Positions 23,895 through 38,400 of a DNA stretch of 64,000 nucleotides are shown here, piece after piece (position 1 is the stretch's first letter; every line of letters starts with the position of its first letter). The stretch spans positions 43,896,001-43,960,000 of the forward strand of contig OZ024754.1 of the NCBI GenBank assembly GCA_964016885.1, read 5' to 3'. Origin of the DNA: Eledone cirrhosa (lineage: Eukaryota). The position numbers and the translations under genes are program-made. Under the pieces are notes generated by a model, which had not been told where the DNA came from, made no database searches, and saw only the letters and a list, made by a program, of their open reading frames with translations.

Positions 23895-24404
23895 CGTGAC
23901 AAACTTTCACAAAATAACAGGTGCTCACTCAATAAATTATTGCTTTTTTTTACTGAAGAAAGAAATTAACAATAAATACCAACAGTTTCTGATTGTAGTA
24001 GATTTTCACAGCTATTAGTGACGTAAAACACAGTTATTAGAGTTAATTAAAATTTTGTAGTTAAAGTGGTTCCTATGGACGCCCTCACAGGAATAATAGC
24101 GAATACCATAAGTAGCCATGTTATTTCTGCCTGTGACGGAAATATCCGATGAAAGCCGAACTAAATTTACTTTTTTTTAAATATATTTTAAACTTAATAA
24201 CTTTTAGAAAAACATTTAATTATTATAAATATATAATTAGGTATAAATTGATTGGTTTCTAAAGAAAATTATTGAAATTCGAAAAAACAAGTTACAAAGT
24301 GAAAATAATCTGCGCAAGTGACGTTTGCGCAGATTCGCGCGAACTTCTACTCCCGCCAAATTGAATGTTATTCTGTCAAGTTTCGATACTTTTTTTAGTT
24401 CATA
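23895..24404. promoter_or_regulatory. Putative bidirectional promoter PIGH/PCLAF with E2F site
   Basis: Divergent ATGs 510 bp apart; TCCCGCCAAA (reverse complement TTTGGCGGGA, E2F consensus) at 24351-24360; palindrome TTCGCGCGAA at 24334-24343. Confidence 0.7.
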
Positions 24405-27400
24405 ATGGTACGAACACGTGCTGATGGATGTGCTTCCGTAAGGAAAGGTAAGCAAATTGTTCAAATATTTACTAATGACTAAACTAAATTATTTCATGAG
24501 CAAATATGAGATCGTTTTAGCGGTTTTCTTACTTTTCCACGAGTTTTTCCCTGTATAACTTTACACGCCATCGTCTACGTCGGATAGTCATCTTTGAATT
24601 ACTGTCTTTGTAACTGTTATAGAGCAAACACTTGATAAACGTCCCCTTAAATAGAGCAAACACATGTTAGATGTCCCTTTATAGAGCAGGCTCATAAATG
24701 TCCCTTATATAGCAGACATGTCCCTTTATAGAGCAGCCGCCTTATGAAAGTCCCCTTTTATAGAGTAGACAGTTTAAATGTCCCCTGTAGTCATGGAATA
24801 TTTATATATTGCAACTTCTGGAGAATAAGAACTGATTTCTTAGGTGTGAAAAATAACTTTTCCCCCTAAGTTTGACAATCACCTTCACTCATATATCACA
24901 TTTAAAATGTGTCCTTATATAGAGTATTCGTGTGTTAAATGTCCCTTATATTCGAGGTTGATAAAAACAAAAATACCAGTTAACTACTGCGTCCGAGATA
25001 TTATGGACAATACAGGGACCCAAGATATTATGGACAATTCAGGGGCTGAGATATTATGGTTTAGTATAGGGACCCAAGATATCGATTGACATACAGAGAT
25101 GAGTTGGAAGTGATATCAAAACCGATGAGTGTAGAATCAGCTGATGTATACAGACGACATGGTACTACTCACCAGGGGACCCCTGACATTCACAAGATAC
25201 GGTTGACGTATAAAAATCATACATGCTATCTTAATTCAGTGTTCATGACTAAACTTAACTTTGGGTAATCTTGGCTAATGAGCAAAAGAATACAAACAGT
25301 CAAAATGGGGTTCCTGTGAAGGGTCTTTGGAATAATTGTTTCTACTTTTGGCACAAGGCCAACAATTATCCAGTGTATTACTGGTACTTTATTTTATCGA
25401 CCCCGTAGGATGAAAGGCAAAGTTGAAAGGCCTTTAGCTTAATGTTTGTGGATATTTAAATTAAAAATATGCCATATTGTATGTTAAATTTTCATCGCTG
25501 ATTTTAATTTACTTTTCAGCTGTTGCTGCGCGGGCACCTCGCAAAAGTCTTGGTCCTTGTACCAGCTCAGAACCTTCCTCTCCGAGTACATCAAGTGAGT
25601 TAATAGTTTTTGTTTTTAACCCAACTCTACTGCGATAGTGGCCAGTATTTCGGATATTCAAGTTAACCCAAGCACCAGAAACCAGCCCTGGCCCTATCAT
25701 ACAAAACTTTGTATATATATCTAAAAAAAACCACCCATCATAATTTTATGTAAGAACTTTTATGTACTAAATACCAAACCTTTTAGTATTTAAACTGGCC
25801 ATATTCGGCCAGAATTCTCTTACCTCTTTCTGTTGAAACTGGCTCCTCATACTGATGTTAAGTTATTGTTCTCAAAATAAATATCAGAATCTTGTAAATT
25901 TGATATTATGTGAGGTAAAGCCTTTACCACTAAAATACAACAGTAAATATAGAGTAATGTAAATGCTAAAGGGTTAATAATGGGAAACTTAGTTATCTTA
26001 CTAAATCCCTCAAAATAGGTACAAAATTATTTTCATTAGATACATGCTGACCTCTTCTAATGAAGCGAAAACAAATTTTCAAAGATGTTGCTTTAATAAC
26101 TTGAACACCCAACGATTGTACAAATTTAAGTCAGAACTATAGGGTGATTGTTTGATCATCACCACTCTTCTTCTCTGGAAAAATCTTTTGTGGATTGAGC
26201 AGTTCGATGTATTATAAACTCACAAGAATGACAGCAAAATCATTATGTATAGGCCTGTGACAAAATACAGCATTCATACAGAAAATCACACGTGTACAAC
26301 AAAGTTCAAATTCCAACAAATATTAACTACATTTACTGCTATATATGGCACACAGCCTACTGTTCTAGACTTTATTGCCATGCCATATTGTGTCTGTTTT
26401 ATAGCAGTTTAATATTTTACCTGACACTTCATAAATCAATATACTTTGCTAGAATTGGAATAGTGTTGTTGCTGTTGTTAGATTAAATTTGATGTTACAT
26501 TGTAAAAGTTCTTCTATTTTTTCCTCCCTCAGAAGACAAATATGCTGGAGGAAACCCTGTCTGCTCGCGGCCAACTCCAGAATGGCAGAGGAATATCACA
26601 AATTTTTTCAAGACGAATGGCAGCAATAACAAAAGCACTGAATGTGGCAGCACTAGTCAGACTATTGAAGATCAAACAGTTTCAGAGAGTAGGTGAGTAT
26701 TTTTTGAATTACTTATTTGTTAAGTTAAACATGGAACAAACTACCTGCATCAGTTGTTAGCTGTCGGGACACTGCATCCTTTAAAACCTCCATGGAACAA
26801 ACTACCTTCATCAGTTGTTAGCTGTCGAGACACTGCATCCTTTAAAACCTCCATGGAACAAACTACCTGCATCAGTTATTAGCTGTCGAGACACTGCATC
26901 CTTTAAAACCTCCATGGAACAAACTACCTGCATCAGTTGTTAGCTGTTGAGACACTGCATCCTTTAAAACCTCCATGGAACAAACTACCTTCATCAGTTG
27001 TTAGCTGTCGTGACACTGCATCCTTTAAAACCTTCATGGAACAAACTACCTGCATCAGTTGTTAGCTGTCGTGACACTGCATCCTTTAAAACCTCCATGG
27101 AACAAACTACCTTCATCAGTTGTTAGCTGCCGAGACACTGCATCCTTTAAAACCTCCATGGAACAAACTACCTGCATCAGTTGTTAACTGCCGAGACACT
27201 GCATCCTTTAAAACCTCCATGGAACAAACTACCTGCATCAGTTGTTAGCTGTCGTGACACTGCATCCTTTAAAACCTCCATGGAACAAACAACCTGCATC
27301 AGTTGTTAGCTGTCGTGACACTGCATCCTTTAAAACCTCCATGGAACAAACAACCTGTATCAGTTGTAGCTGTTGACACTGCATCTTTTAAAACCTCCAT

Positions 27401-28120
27401 GCTTCCTGAAATTTGCCAACACTAAACCTGATATTCCCCCGCCATACACACTCATACACTGTTTACTTATGAGCAGGACATGGTGATGATTTCCCAATGC
27501 CTCATAAATCAAACCAGTTTTGTTTATACTTCTAGATTCACACTTAAATTTTCTAAAAAGACAATAACAGGTGTGGAAAGGTCCTTTGGTGTAGTGGTTA
27601 AACACACTCACTTGGCATGCAAGAGATATGTGGTTCAGTTCACCACAAGTAAACTATATTGCTGAGCTATTTCACATTTTAACTCTTAACAACCTGCACC
27701 ACATAAGACATTCTTGGAAAGTACAAAATAGCACAGAGGCTGCACCATCACCAGTCTGTTTTTCTATGCTTGCATTAAAAAATTAAACTCTTTACTACAA
27801 TACAGCACATTTTCACAATCTGTCCATTAGTAATAATACTATAAACATTTTAATTAACAACCCTGTTTTTAGATTCTTCTTGTTTAACCCTTTAGCATTT
27901 ACATTACTCTATATTTTCCTGGTAAAGGTTTTATCTCACATAATATTGAATCTATGAGAATTTGAGAACAATACCTTAACATCAGTATAAATGGTCAGTT
28001 ACAGCTGATTTAAATGCTAAAGGGTTAATTACTTCCGAATGTTGAGTAAACTATATTTTGTTCCAGTTAAAATTTGTTTAAAATATTTTCAGAGATTCTG
28101 TATTGCATCATAGCCGATAA
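24405..28120 (+). CDS. PCLAF: PCNA clamp-associated factor (PAF15/KIAA0101)
   Basis: Exons 24405-24447, 25520-25594, 26533-26692: MVRTRADGCASVRKAVAARAPRKSLG...KDKYAGGNPVCSRPTPEWQRNITNFF, with PIP box QRNITNFF. The terminal exon 28093-28120 is a phase-compatible guess. Confidence 0.9.
26730..27400. repeat. 61-bp minisatellite (~11 copies) in PCLAF intron
   Basis: Unit CATGGAACAAACTACCTGCATCAGTTGTTAGCTGTCGAGACACTGCATCCTTTAAAACCTC. Confidence 0.95.
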
Positions 28121-29039
28121 ATGAAACATCATTTTCTTTATATAGTTCATCAAATTAAGCCGTATATATTTTTTACTTAATTACTACAGAATGTTAAGAA
28201 TAAACTATATTTTGTGTATAGCTAATAAATGAAATATTATTTCTTTATATAGTTCATCAAATTAATCCGTTGTAAGAAGAGGAAGCAATTTACCATTACC
28301 ACTGCAACATTTTATGGAATTCATTGTGATAACTAGTTCTGCACAGCTTACTGGAGTTTTCAGGAAAAAGAACTCAGTAACAAATCACTCTTAAAATCAT
28401 CTTTCATTGTATATTTCACCATTTTTCTCACATAATTTGATAATAATAATAAAATGAATTTCTTTTGCAATGTTTTTGTATTCGTTTTACTCAGTCTTTC
28501 ATTAAAGCCCACATTTTTGTTTTGTGAGCGAAACAAACTTACACAAACATTATTAAATTCAATGTGTGCTATATATATATATAGAAAGAGTCAGGACCCC
28601 GATGGCTGAGCTCCAGTCGTTTCGATAGCCAGATCCGAACTCTACTACCCTAAGTATTGCATTATGGTCCACCTGGTATCTTACTGCGCTCTCTTTGTTA
28701 TATATATATTAATACTAACTAGAATACTGTAAAGTGGTCGTGTTGGTGCCACGAAAAAAGGCAACCAGTCAACACTGTAAATGTGGTTGGTGTTAGGAAG
28801 GATATCCTGTAGAAACCAGATGTTTGTTTGCAAACCAATACAGTTGTGAGCGAGATGTGGTCACTTGGCCTGTCTCACTGATATAAGCATGGAAAATAGA
28901 CAGATGGTGATGAAATACATTGAGTGAAATTGGGTAAACAGACTGTTTGAAGCCCATTAGATAGACTGTACCTCATATTATAGTTGTACACAACTATGGA
29001 ATACTCAGCCACTTGCACATTAATTAAACAGGTGCATAT

Positions 29040-29217
29040 TTAACCCTTTTGACATCCACCAATTTTAAAGGGTTCCTAATTGAATTAAAATCTTCCAACA
29101 TAGTTTATCTAAGAACCCTATCTTGATAACAAAATAATAAATTATAGTAAATCCCTCGAAGTTCTCAATTGATTGAAATAGTGTATTTCATTAGAAATAT
29201 GGTAACAAAAGGGTTAA
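29040..29217. mobile_element. Second piggyBac-like MITE family
   Basis: TTAACCCTTTTG...CAAAAGGGTTAA termini. Confidence 0.65.
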
Positions 29218-31265
29218 AATGTGATTTTGCTGCTACTTCTAGCAGGATGATCAGCCAGTTTGTGACTCACTCATTGGTTCATAAGATATTTTGTGGTATT
29301 TTTCCATGAGCTTGGCTGGTTTTGCTTGGGTATCCAGCTGGATCAATTGGAGAAGGTTGCTTCTGATAGGACCTACTGGAAGATGTGCCTGAGGACTCTG
29401 CCCTAATGACGCTCACAGGAATAAGTGGACAAAGAAGCTCTTGTGTTCTTCACTTCTAGTTCTTAGGAATGTGAAAAAGAATGGAATAAATAACAGAAAA
29501 AAATGACAATTGTGCAATACAACTTTATTGCAACAAAATGTGTTGTAAGGTTTCCTTTTTGAATAACCCTAATGGATTTCATTTAAACACTTCAATATAT
29601 TAAATGAAATTTAAAAAAAAAAATCAGGATATTGATAGTTTTTTTTTAATGTCTCAATCTCCATTCAAACTTAATAATAATAATAATGAGGATGATTTCT
29701 AATTGACACAAGGCGAGAGCAATTTTGGGAGAAGGGGATGCCAAGAATATTGACCCCCACCTCCAGTACTTGACAGGTACTTTGTTTTATCAACCCTGGA
29801 AAGATGAAAGTTGAACTCTGAACGTAAAGAGCCAATCCACCACCCTAATAATAATAATAATGCAAACTGGAATAAATCTGAAGAGACTGGGTCACCATTG
29901 TTCATTCACTCCTCCGCCAGAAGTTACATAACCCAGGTACTTCATTCACTCCCCCAACAGAAGTTGCATAACCCAGGTATATTCAACATGAAAGCAAAGT
30001 CTTTCAACACAAAACACTTTTATAAAGCAGTTTTTCTGAAGTTTTATAAAGTAGTCTTATAAATTAGTCTTTCTGAACAGTTTCATAAAGTAGTCTTTCT
30101 AAACAGTTTTTATAAAGTAGTTTTGATGCACAGTAGATATGTCACAACAAGGTGACCCAGCTGAAATTCTGCACAAGACAAGGCTAACAGCTGTGATTAA
30201 TGACATAAACATATGTTATATTGTTTGTTATGGCAAATGTGGAAATGTTCATATAATTTTTCTAACAATCTACAACTCTTATTTTTACTTTCACTAAATT
30301 CCTTTTCCTCATTTCAAAAACAAATAATTTAAACAAAGCAGTTGACTTAAGAAGCATTGGAAATTTTTGAAATATTTATGTCCTAACGCAAATGACCAAT
30401 GTAATAGTTGAAAAAAATAAATATTTTCTCAACTTTTATTATAGTCATTTGTGTTAGGACACACACATTTCAAATATGCCGTAATTTACTAGTTTTAATT
30501 ACTAAATAAAATTTAAAATCTTATTCTTTTCACATTAACAACAAAATTTTAAATTTCACCAAATTTTTCAAATTTTGAACGACACTTGTTTATTGACAAA
30601 TAAATATAGTATGCTTATGGGTATAAAAATATTAATGTTAGTATGTGTGTAAAAGTATCCCACCTTTGAATTATAGATGTGTTAACAAAGCTTTTTCCAA
30701 GTCAAAAACAAATTAGCTACAATCAATCTAAGGAGATTAATAAACTGCACCAACCCTTTTGATATCACACTGCCTGAAATTACTCTCGTTTTACAATGCA
30801 AGACTATATACTTACCTAAAAACCTATCGTAATTGTATGTAACAACCTTTTATCTTTGAAACACTGGCTTAACCCTTTAGCATTTAAATTGGCCATATCC
30901 AGCCAGAATTATCTCACTGCTTTCTGTTCAAACCAGCTGTGACTGGCCACTCATATTGATGTTAAGGTATTGTTCTCAAAATAAATAACATCAAAATTTC
31001 ATAGATTTTGATGTTATGTGAGGTGAAGAGTTTACCGTGAAAATATAATAGTAAATATAAAGTAATGTGAATGCTAAAGGGTTAATAAAGAGAGAGTTCA
31101 TTATTTTAATATATCTCTCCTAATACTTGAATTTTTTCAAAATTATTTGAAAACCATGGGCAGTGTTTTCTCATTAGAAATAGTTAACAAAACCCCCAAA
31201 AAAGAAAAAAAATGTAAGAAAGAAAAAAAACAACTAAAAACAAAAGTAAACAAAAAGATAAACAA

Positions 31266-31640
31266 TGTACGCTTCAGTGACTGGAACTCCAAAAAAGGTG
31301 ATGTTCGCTTCAGTGACTGGAACTCCAAATAAGGTGATGTACGCTTCAGTGACTGGAACTCCAAATAAGGTGATGTACGCTTCAGTGACTGGAACTCCAA
31401 ATAAGGTCATGGCAGCTTCAGTGACTGGAACTCCAATTAAGGTGATGTACGCTTCAGTGACTGGAACTCCAAATAAGGTCATGGCAGCTTCAGTGACTGG
31501 AACTCCAAATAAGGTCATGGCAGCTTCAGTGACTGGAACTCCAAATAAGGTCATGGCAGCTTCAGTGACTGGAACCCCAAATGAGGTATGTATGCTTCAG
31601 TGACTGGAACCCCAAATAAGGTCATGTATGGTTCAGTGAC
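31266..31640. repeat. 39-bp minisatellite
   Basis: Unit GCTTCAGTGACTGGAACTCCAAATAAGGTGATGTAC and variants. Confidence 0.93.
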
Positions 31641-32105
31641 TGAAACTTTAGAAAGACAAGGAGAGACGATAAAAGCTGGAGATGGGAAGTGTTGGATAAC
31701 ACAGCAGTTATATTTGAGAGAAGAGTCAGATAATTGTTTCTACTTTTGGCACAAGGCCAGCAATTACCCAGTGTATTACTGGTACTTTATTTTATCGACC
31801 CCATAAGGATGAAAGGCAAAGTTAACCTCGGCGGGATTTGAACGAGAGTCAGATAACGTACGTAATTTAGGCCTGTCATACCATGATAGTGTCTATAGAA
31901 GATTTAGTTACATACAAACTGGGACATTCTTTATAATTATGTTCATTTATGTAACAATGTATTTATATATATATATGTGTGTGTGTATATATCTACCACA
32001 AGAATTACAGGTCACACTGCCAATTCTCGCTGCAACCATTCTACCTAGGATACAGTCAGTTCCACCACAACCAGGTGAACTCCAATATATATATATATAT
32101 ATATC

Positions 32106-32350
32106 TTTAACATTACACCAAAACACATTAAAACAGAAGCAGACCCCATAAACTTCAAGACGTCTTTGGACAAATTCCTTCAAGAAATCCAGGATAAACC
32201 TCCGACACCCGGATATGTTGCCATAAACACTAACTCTCTACTTGAGTGGGCCATGGTGTCCAAATTCTGATTAGAAAGACTTTGCCGCCAGGTGGTGCTA
32301 TTAAGTTAGACATGGCCCTGGGCCAATACTGGCCGAAACCAAACAAAGTT
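32106..32350 (+). mobile_element. 5'-truncated CR1/L2-like LINE 3' end
   Basis: Translates FNITPKHIKTEADPINFKTSLDKFLQEIQDKPPTPGYVAINTNSLLEW..., resembling the C-terminal FKxxLDKFL..PD.P..PGY motif of such ORF2 proteins; followed by a short 3' UTR. Confidence 0.6.
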
Positions 32351-33118
32351 ATCAAAGTTATATTTTATATATGTATGTGAAAAATAGAGAGACACACATG
32401 GACGCATACATGTACACACACACACACTACAATCATCATGTGTTTTTTATACTCCATTATTTTCCTCCCATGCTTGCAAGGGTTGGTCAAGATATTTTGT
32501 GGCATGTTTTCTATGGCCGGATGCCCTTCCTGATGCCAACCCTGAACTATTCTATATACTGCTGTTAACTTTTGTCAAACTGCTTCACTGTGAAATATAA
32601 TTCAGGAAGATATATATGTCAACACACATACATATATATATATATTTATATGTGTGTATATATTTTATACATGATATACATTTGTTTATATATATATATA
32701 TAAATACTTTTATGTGTGTATATATTTTATATATGATATACATTTATGTTTATATATATATATATATATATAATGTATATGTGTGTGTGTCAGTATGTGT
32801 GTGTGTGTATATATATGTATGTATGCATTTGTCATTGTATCGTCTGTGCATTTTCACCACATCTACACTACAAACATTGAGACATGGGTTTTTACATGAA
32901 GACACAGACCCCCACACACAGGATTTGTATGTGTGTGTGTAGCTCTGTGTGTGTGTGTCTGTGTGTGAGCTGACATACACACAGAAATAATTAGAACCTT
33001 ATCTGGATCAGTTTAGGCAGCTGAAAATGTTAAATGGTCCCCAGAGGTTGAGATAGGATAGAAATAGATAGTTTAGTTGCTTAGATCAATGGAATAAATG
33101 TATGAGTGTGTGTGTATA

Positions 33119-33149
<31 letters not shown>

Positions 33150-33205
33150 TCATTTTTCATTTCATTTTTCATTTTACGTCCGCTTTTTCCTTGCTTGCAA
33201 GGGTG

Positions 33206-33263
<58 letters not shown>

Positions 33264-33571
33264 GTATATGTACATATATATATATATAAACACACATATA
33301 ATACGTATATATCTATTCATGAGAAATTTTTAGTAGTAAATCATGTTGGTTTTCTTAACCTGCATGTATGTTAAATTATGTCTAATTTCTGTAATAGTAT
33401 GGTGAATATATTTCTGTAATAGTATGGTGAAAGAAACAAGTGACATATGTTGCTAAACCGTAGTTCTGTCAGTGAGACAATGGCACAAACCTACGACCTG
33501 ACTAACTAAAGAAAACTGTGATTCTAAACGGTTCTGTTATCCTCGTTTATTTCCCAGTCATTTACATATAA

Positions 33572-33789
33572 ACGAGGGGTTTCTGAAAAGCTCCTGGCTT
33601 GATCACTGCTACAGAGCCCTTGTTGGAGGCCCAGCCTTCTGAGTCCTTTTTACAGGGCTTAAAAAAACTGAAGAGCTGCTGCAATAAATGTCTGAAACTG
33701 AGAGGAGAATATGTTGAATAAAATCATAATTAACTGCTCTCCTGTATTTTCTTTTACCTTAAACCAGGAACTTTTCAGCACCCCCTCGT
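33572..33789 (+). mobile_element. Internally deleted mariner element
   Basis: TIRs ACGAGGGGTTTCTGAAAAGCTCCTGGCTT / AAACCAGGAACTTTTCAGCACCCCCTCGT; internal remnant FLQGLKKLKSCCNKCLKLRGEYVE* resembles a mariner transposase C-terminus. Confidence 0.75.
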
Positions 33790-34036
33790 GTGTGTGTGTA
33801 TGTATATCATATATATGTGTGTGTGTGTGTGTGTGAGTGTATATATATATATATATATAAATGTTTTTATCTATTCGGTTTCTTACAACATAGCTATGAT
33901 GTTTCAGCAGAGAAGCTCAACAAACAACCACCTCGCTTTGCTGAAACATGATAGCTATGTTGTAAGATACTGAATGTATAAAATTATATTTACTCTAATA
34001 TCAATGTTGTGTTCTGCCTCCCTTGTGGAATACCAA

Positions 34037-35000
<964 letters not shown>

Positions 35001-35429
35001 AACATACACATAAGTAGACATACATAACATATGTATATATATTTTATATAGAAATGACTTCTACAGGACTAGAACTGTCCCATTTGTATGAAACCACCAG
35101 GAATCTCTTGATGATTACATACAAATGAAACAGTTCTAGTCCTGTAGAAGTTATTTCTATATGAAATAAAGATGCTTATACTCAACCAACACAAATGAGT
35201 ACCTTTTATAACTGGTCATTTCCCAACCCCCATCGGGAACCCACCTTTAATAATGATATATATAGACATATACATATATATATAGATGTGTGTGTGTTGT
35301 GTGTGTGTGCACGTGTGTGTATAGATAAACACAGACACAACTTGGTGAAGATGTAGATTTGATATAAATAATGGTTTTTGCTACAATACAACCCAATTCA
35401 AAATGTCTTCCTCGGCCGAATCTCAAGTT

Positions 35430-38400
35430 TTACTCCATCTTCGATATTTCAAACTTTGTTGTCATAATCTCTTCATCAGAGTCGATTAAGCTAGGAAGGG
35501 CCCTGCAAAAGATGGATTAAACGTTTTAGGGATGGTAACATTCACCTGTTAATACAACAACAACTACTACAGTTCTAACAACTACTACAGTTCTAACAAC
35601 TACTACTATAGCTCAAATTACTACTACTACTACTACTACTACTGGAGCTTCAACTACTGCTGCTGCTAATAATTATTTCTACTTTTGGCACAAGGCCAGC
35701 AATTACTCCAGTGCATTACTGGTACTTTATTTTATTGACCCCGTAAGGATACAAGGCAAAGTTAACCTCGGTGGGATTTGAACTCAAACAGTAGATAACA
35801 ATACCAACATATGGTATACTATACTAAACCAGATTTCTACAGAATCGTTTCTTTTCTACTAAGCTATATAATATATTTTATTAAAAACTTGTCTACTTAC
35901 TTATCAGCCACAGAAGTAGGGATGTTATCTTCCACCCATTTAAGATCATCTTCCTAACGAGGAAAAAAAACATCGCAAATGACAGGTGAATATTGTTGCA
36001 AAAGATAGATTAAATATATCACAGATAAATAGTGTTACTAATATATCACAGATGACTCTGGTATATACAAACACTTATAATATATTACTATAGTTAATAT
36101 ACATAGTTAATATACAAACACATATAACACACATGGTCTATTACTCTAGTAGGTACCACATGGTCTATTACTATAGTAGGTACCACATGGTCTATTACTA
36201 TAGTAGGTACCACATGGTCTATTACTATAGTAGGTACCACATGGTCTATTACTATAGTAGATACCACATGGTACATTACTATAGTAGATATCACATGGTA
36301 CATTACTATAGTAGGTACCACATGGTCTATTACTATAGTAGGTACCACATGGTCTATTACTATAGTAGATATCACATGGTCTATTACTATAGTAGATATC
36401 ACATGGTACATTACTATAGTAGATATCACATGGTATATTACTATAGTAGATATCACATGGTATATTACTATAGTAGATATTACATGGTATATTACTATAG
36501 TAGATATCACATGGTATATTACTATAGTAGATATCACATGGTATATTACTATAGTAGATATCACATGGTATATTACTATAGTTGATATTTGAAAGACTTA
36601 CTGCTTTGTTTTTGGAATCTTTCTGTTTTGGAGATCCATTTGAAAGAGGTTTAGCACCTCTCATCTTCATACCATCTGTAAAGGACAGAATTGAGAGAAT
36701 TTAGCAGAAAGGCATATGGTAAATAAAACATCAAGGATGAAATGAAAGGGTTAATGACATAGGCAGTGTCTTTCATTAGAAATATGGAAATGAAAGGGTT
36801 AAAGACATAGACAGTGTCTTTCATTAGAAATATGGAAATGAAAGGGTTAATGACATAGACAGTGTCTTTCATTAGAAATATGTAATGAAAGGGTTAAAGA
36901 CATAGACAGTGTCTTTCATTAGAAATATGGTAATGAAAGGGTTAATGACATTGTATGTTAAGTTAAGGACAAATAAAACATAGACAAGCAACCCTGGGAG
37001 TAAGACAGCATCAACTAAGATGACTTTTCCTCACCACACTTGTTTAATCTAGGGAAAAACCGTCATATGATATGGGCTGTGGCCCTTCATTTTTGACAAC
37101 AAATACAGAAAGACAAAATAGAGAAGGTGATACTCACCAAAAGCATCATTCATAACAGCATCATCATCATCTTCATCATCAGTATCAAGTAATGCAGAAA
37201 AGGCATACCTGGAATATATAAGACAATCATATATTTAAGATGTTGACATTATTTGGAACCAGTGACTGGTTTGTGAGTGGCATACCTCATTCCCTTAACT
37301 CCTGTTGGAGTTGTAAGGATGCCTTTGATATAAGATGTTTCTTGGATATCTTAACCCTTTACTATTTACATCACTCTATATATACTATTGTATTTTCTCA
37401 GTAAAGGCTTTACCTCACATAATATCTCACATAACATCTACATTACTCTATATATACTATTGTATTTTCTCAGTAAAGGCTTTACCTCACATAATATGTC
37501 ACACAACATTTACATTACTCTATATATACTATTATATTTTTATGGTAAAGGCTTTACCTTACATAATTATCTCCCATAATATCGAATCTATGAGATTTTG
37601 ATATTATTTATTTTGAGAACGGCCCTTTATGATCTGAGTTCAAATCCCGCCGAGGTTAACTTTGCCTTTCATCCTTTATGGTGTCAATAAAATAAATTAC
37701 CAGTAATACACTGGGTAATTGCTGGCCTTGTGCCAAAAGTATAAACAATTATTTATTTTGAGAACAATACCTTATGGCCGGTTTGAACAGAAAGAGGTGA
37801 GAGAATTCTGGCCAGATTCGGCCGGTTTTAATATTAAAGGCTTAAACTTGGTTTCTATTCATTTTTCTTACCATCCCCGATAGAAGGGTTTCGGGGAATT
37901 TGAATATTTACATATTGTTGGAATAATGGTTTCTGATTTAGACACAAGACCAACAATTTGGGGGGGGGGGGGGAGGAAAGTCGTTTAAATCGACCCCAGT
38001 GCATTACTAGTACTTTATTTTTATCGACCCCGTAAGGATGAAAAGCAAAGCTAACGTCGGCGAGATTTGAACTCAGACCGTAAAGAGCTGTAACTCTATG
38101 CTGTAAAGCATGGCATCTGCCGCTCTACCGATACGGCCAATCTACTGCCCTTATATTGCCGGAATAATGGATGAGGGTGAAAAATACAAACCTTTGGTTA
38201 TTTGCTGAGGGTCTCCACAAAACCATGATAACCAAGAGCAGTACTGAAAACAGGAGGTGCCAAAAAGCATCATCTACCCACAATTCTCGCCAATCCTTTA
38301 AAATAAGTAAAAAAAAAAAAAAATATATATATATATATCATCATCATCATCATCGATTAACGTCTATCTTCCACACTAGCATGGGTTAGACGGGTCCCAT

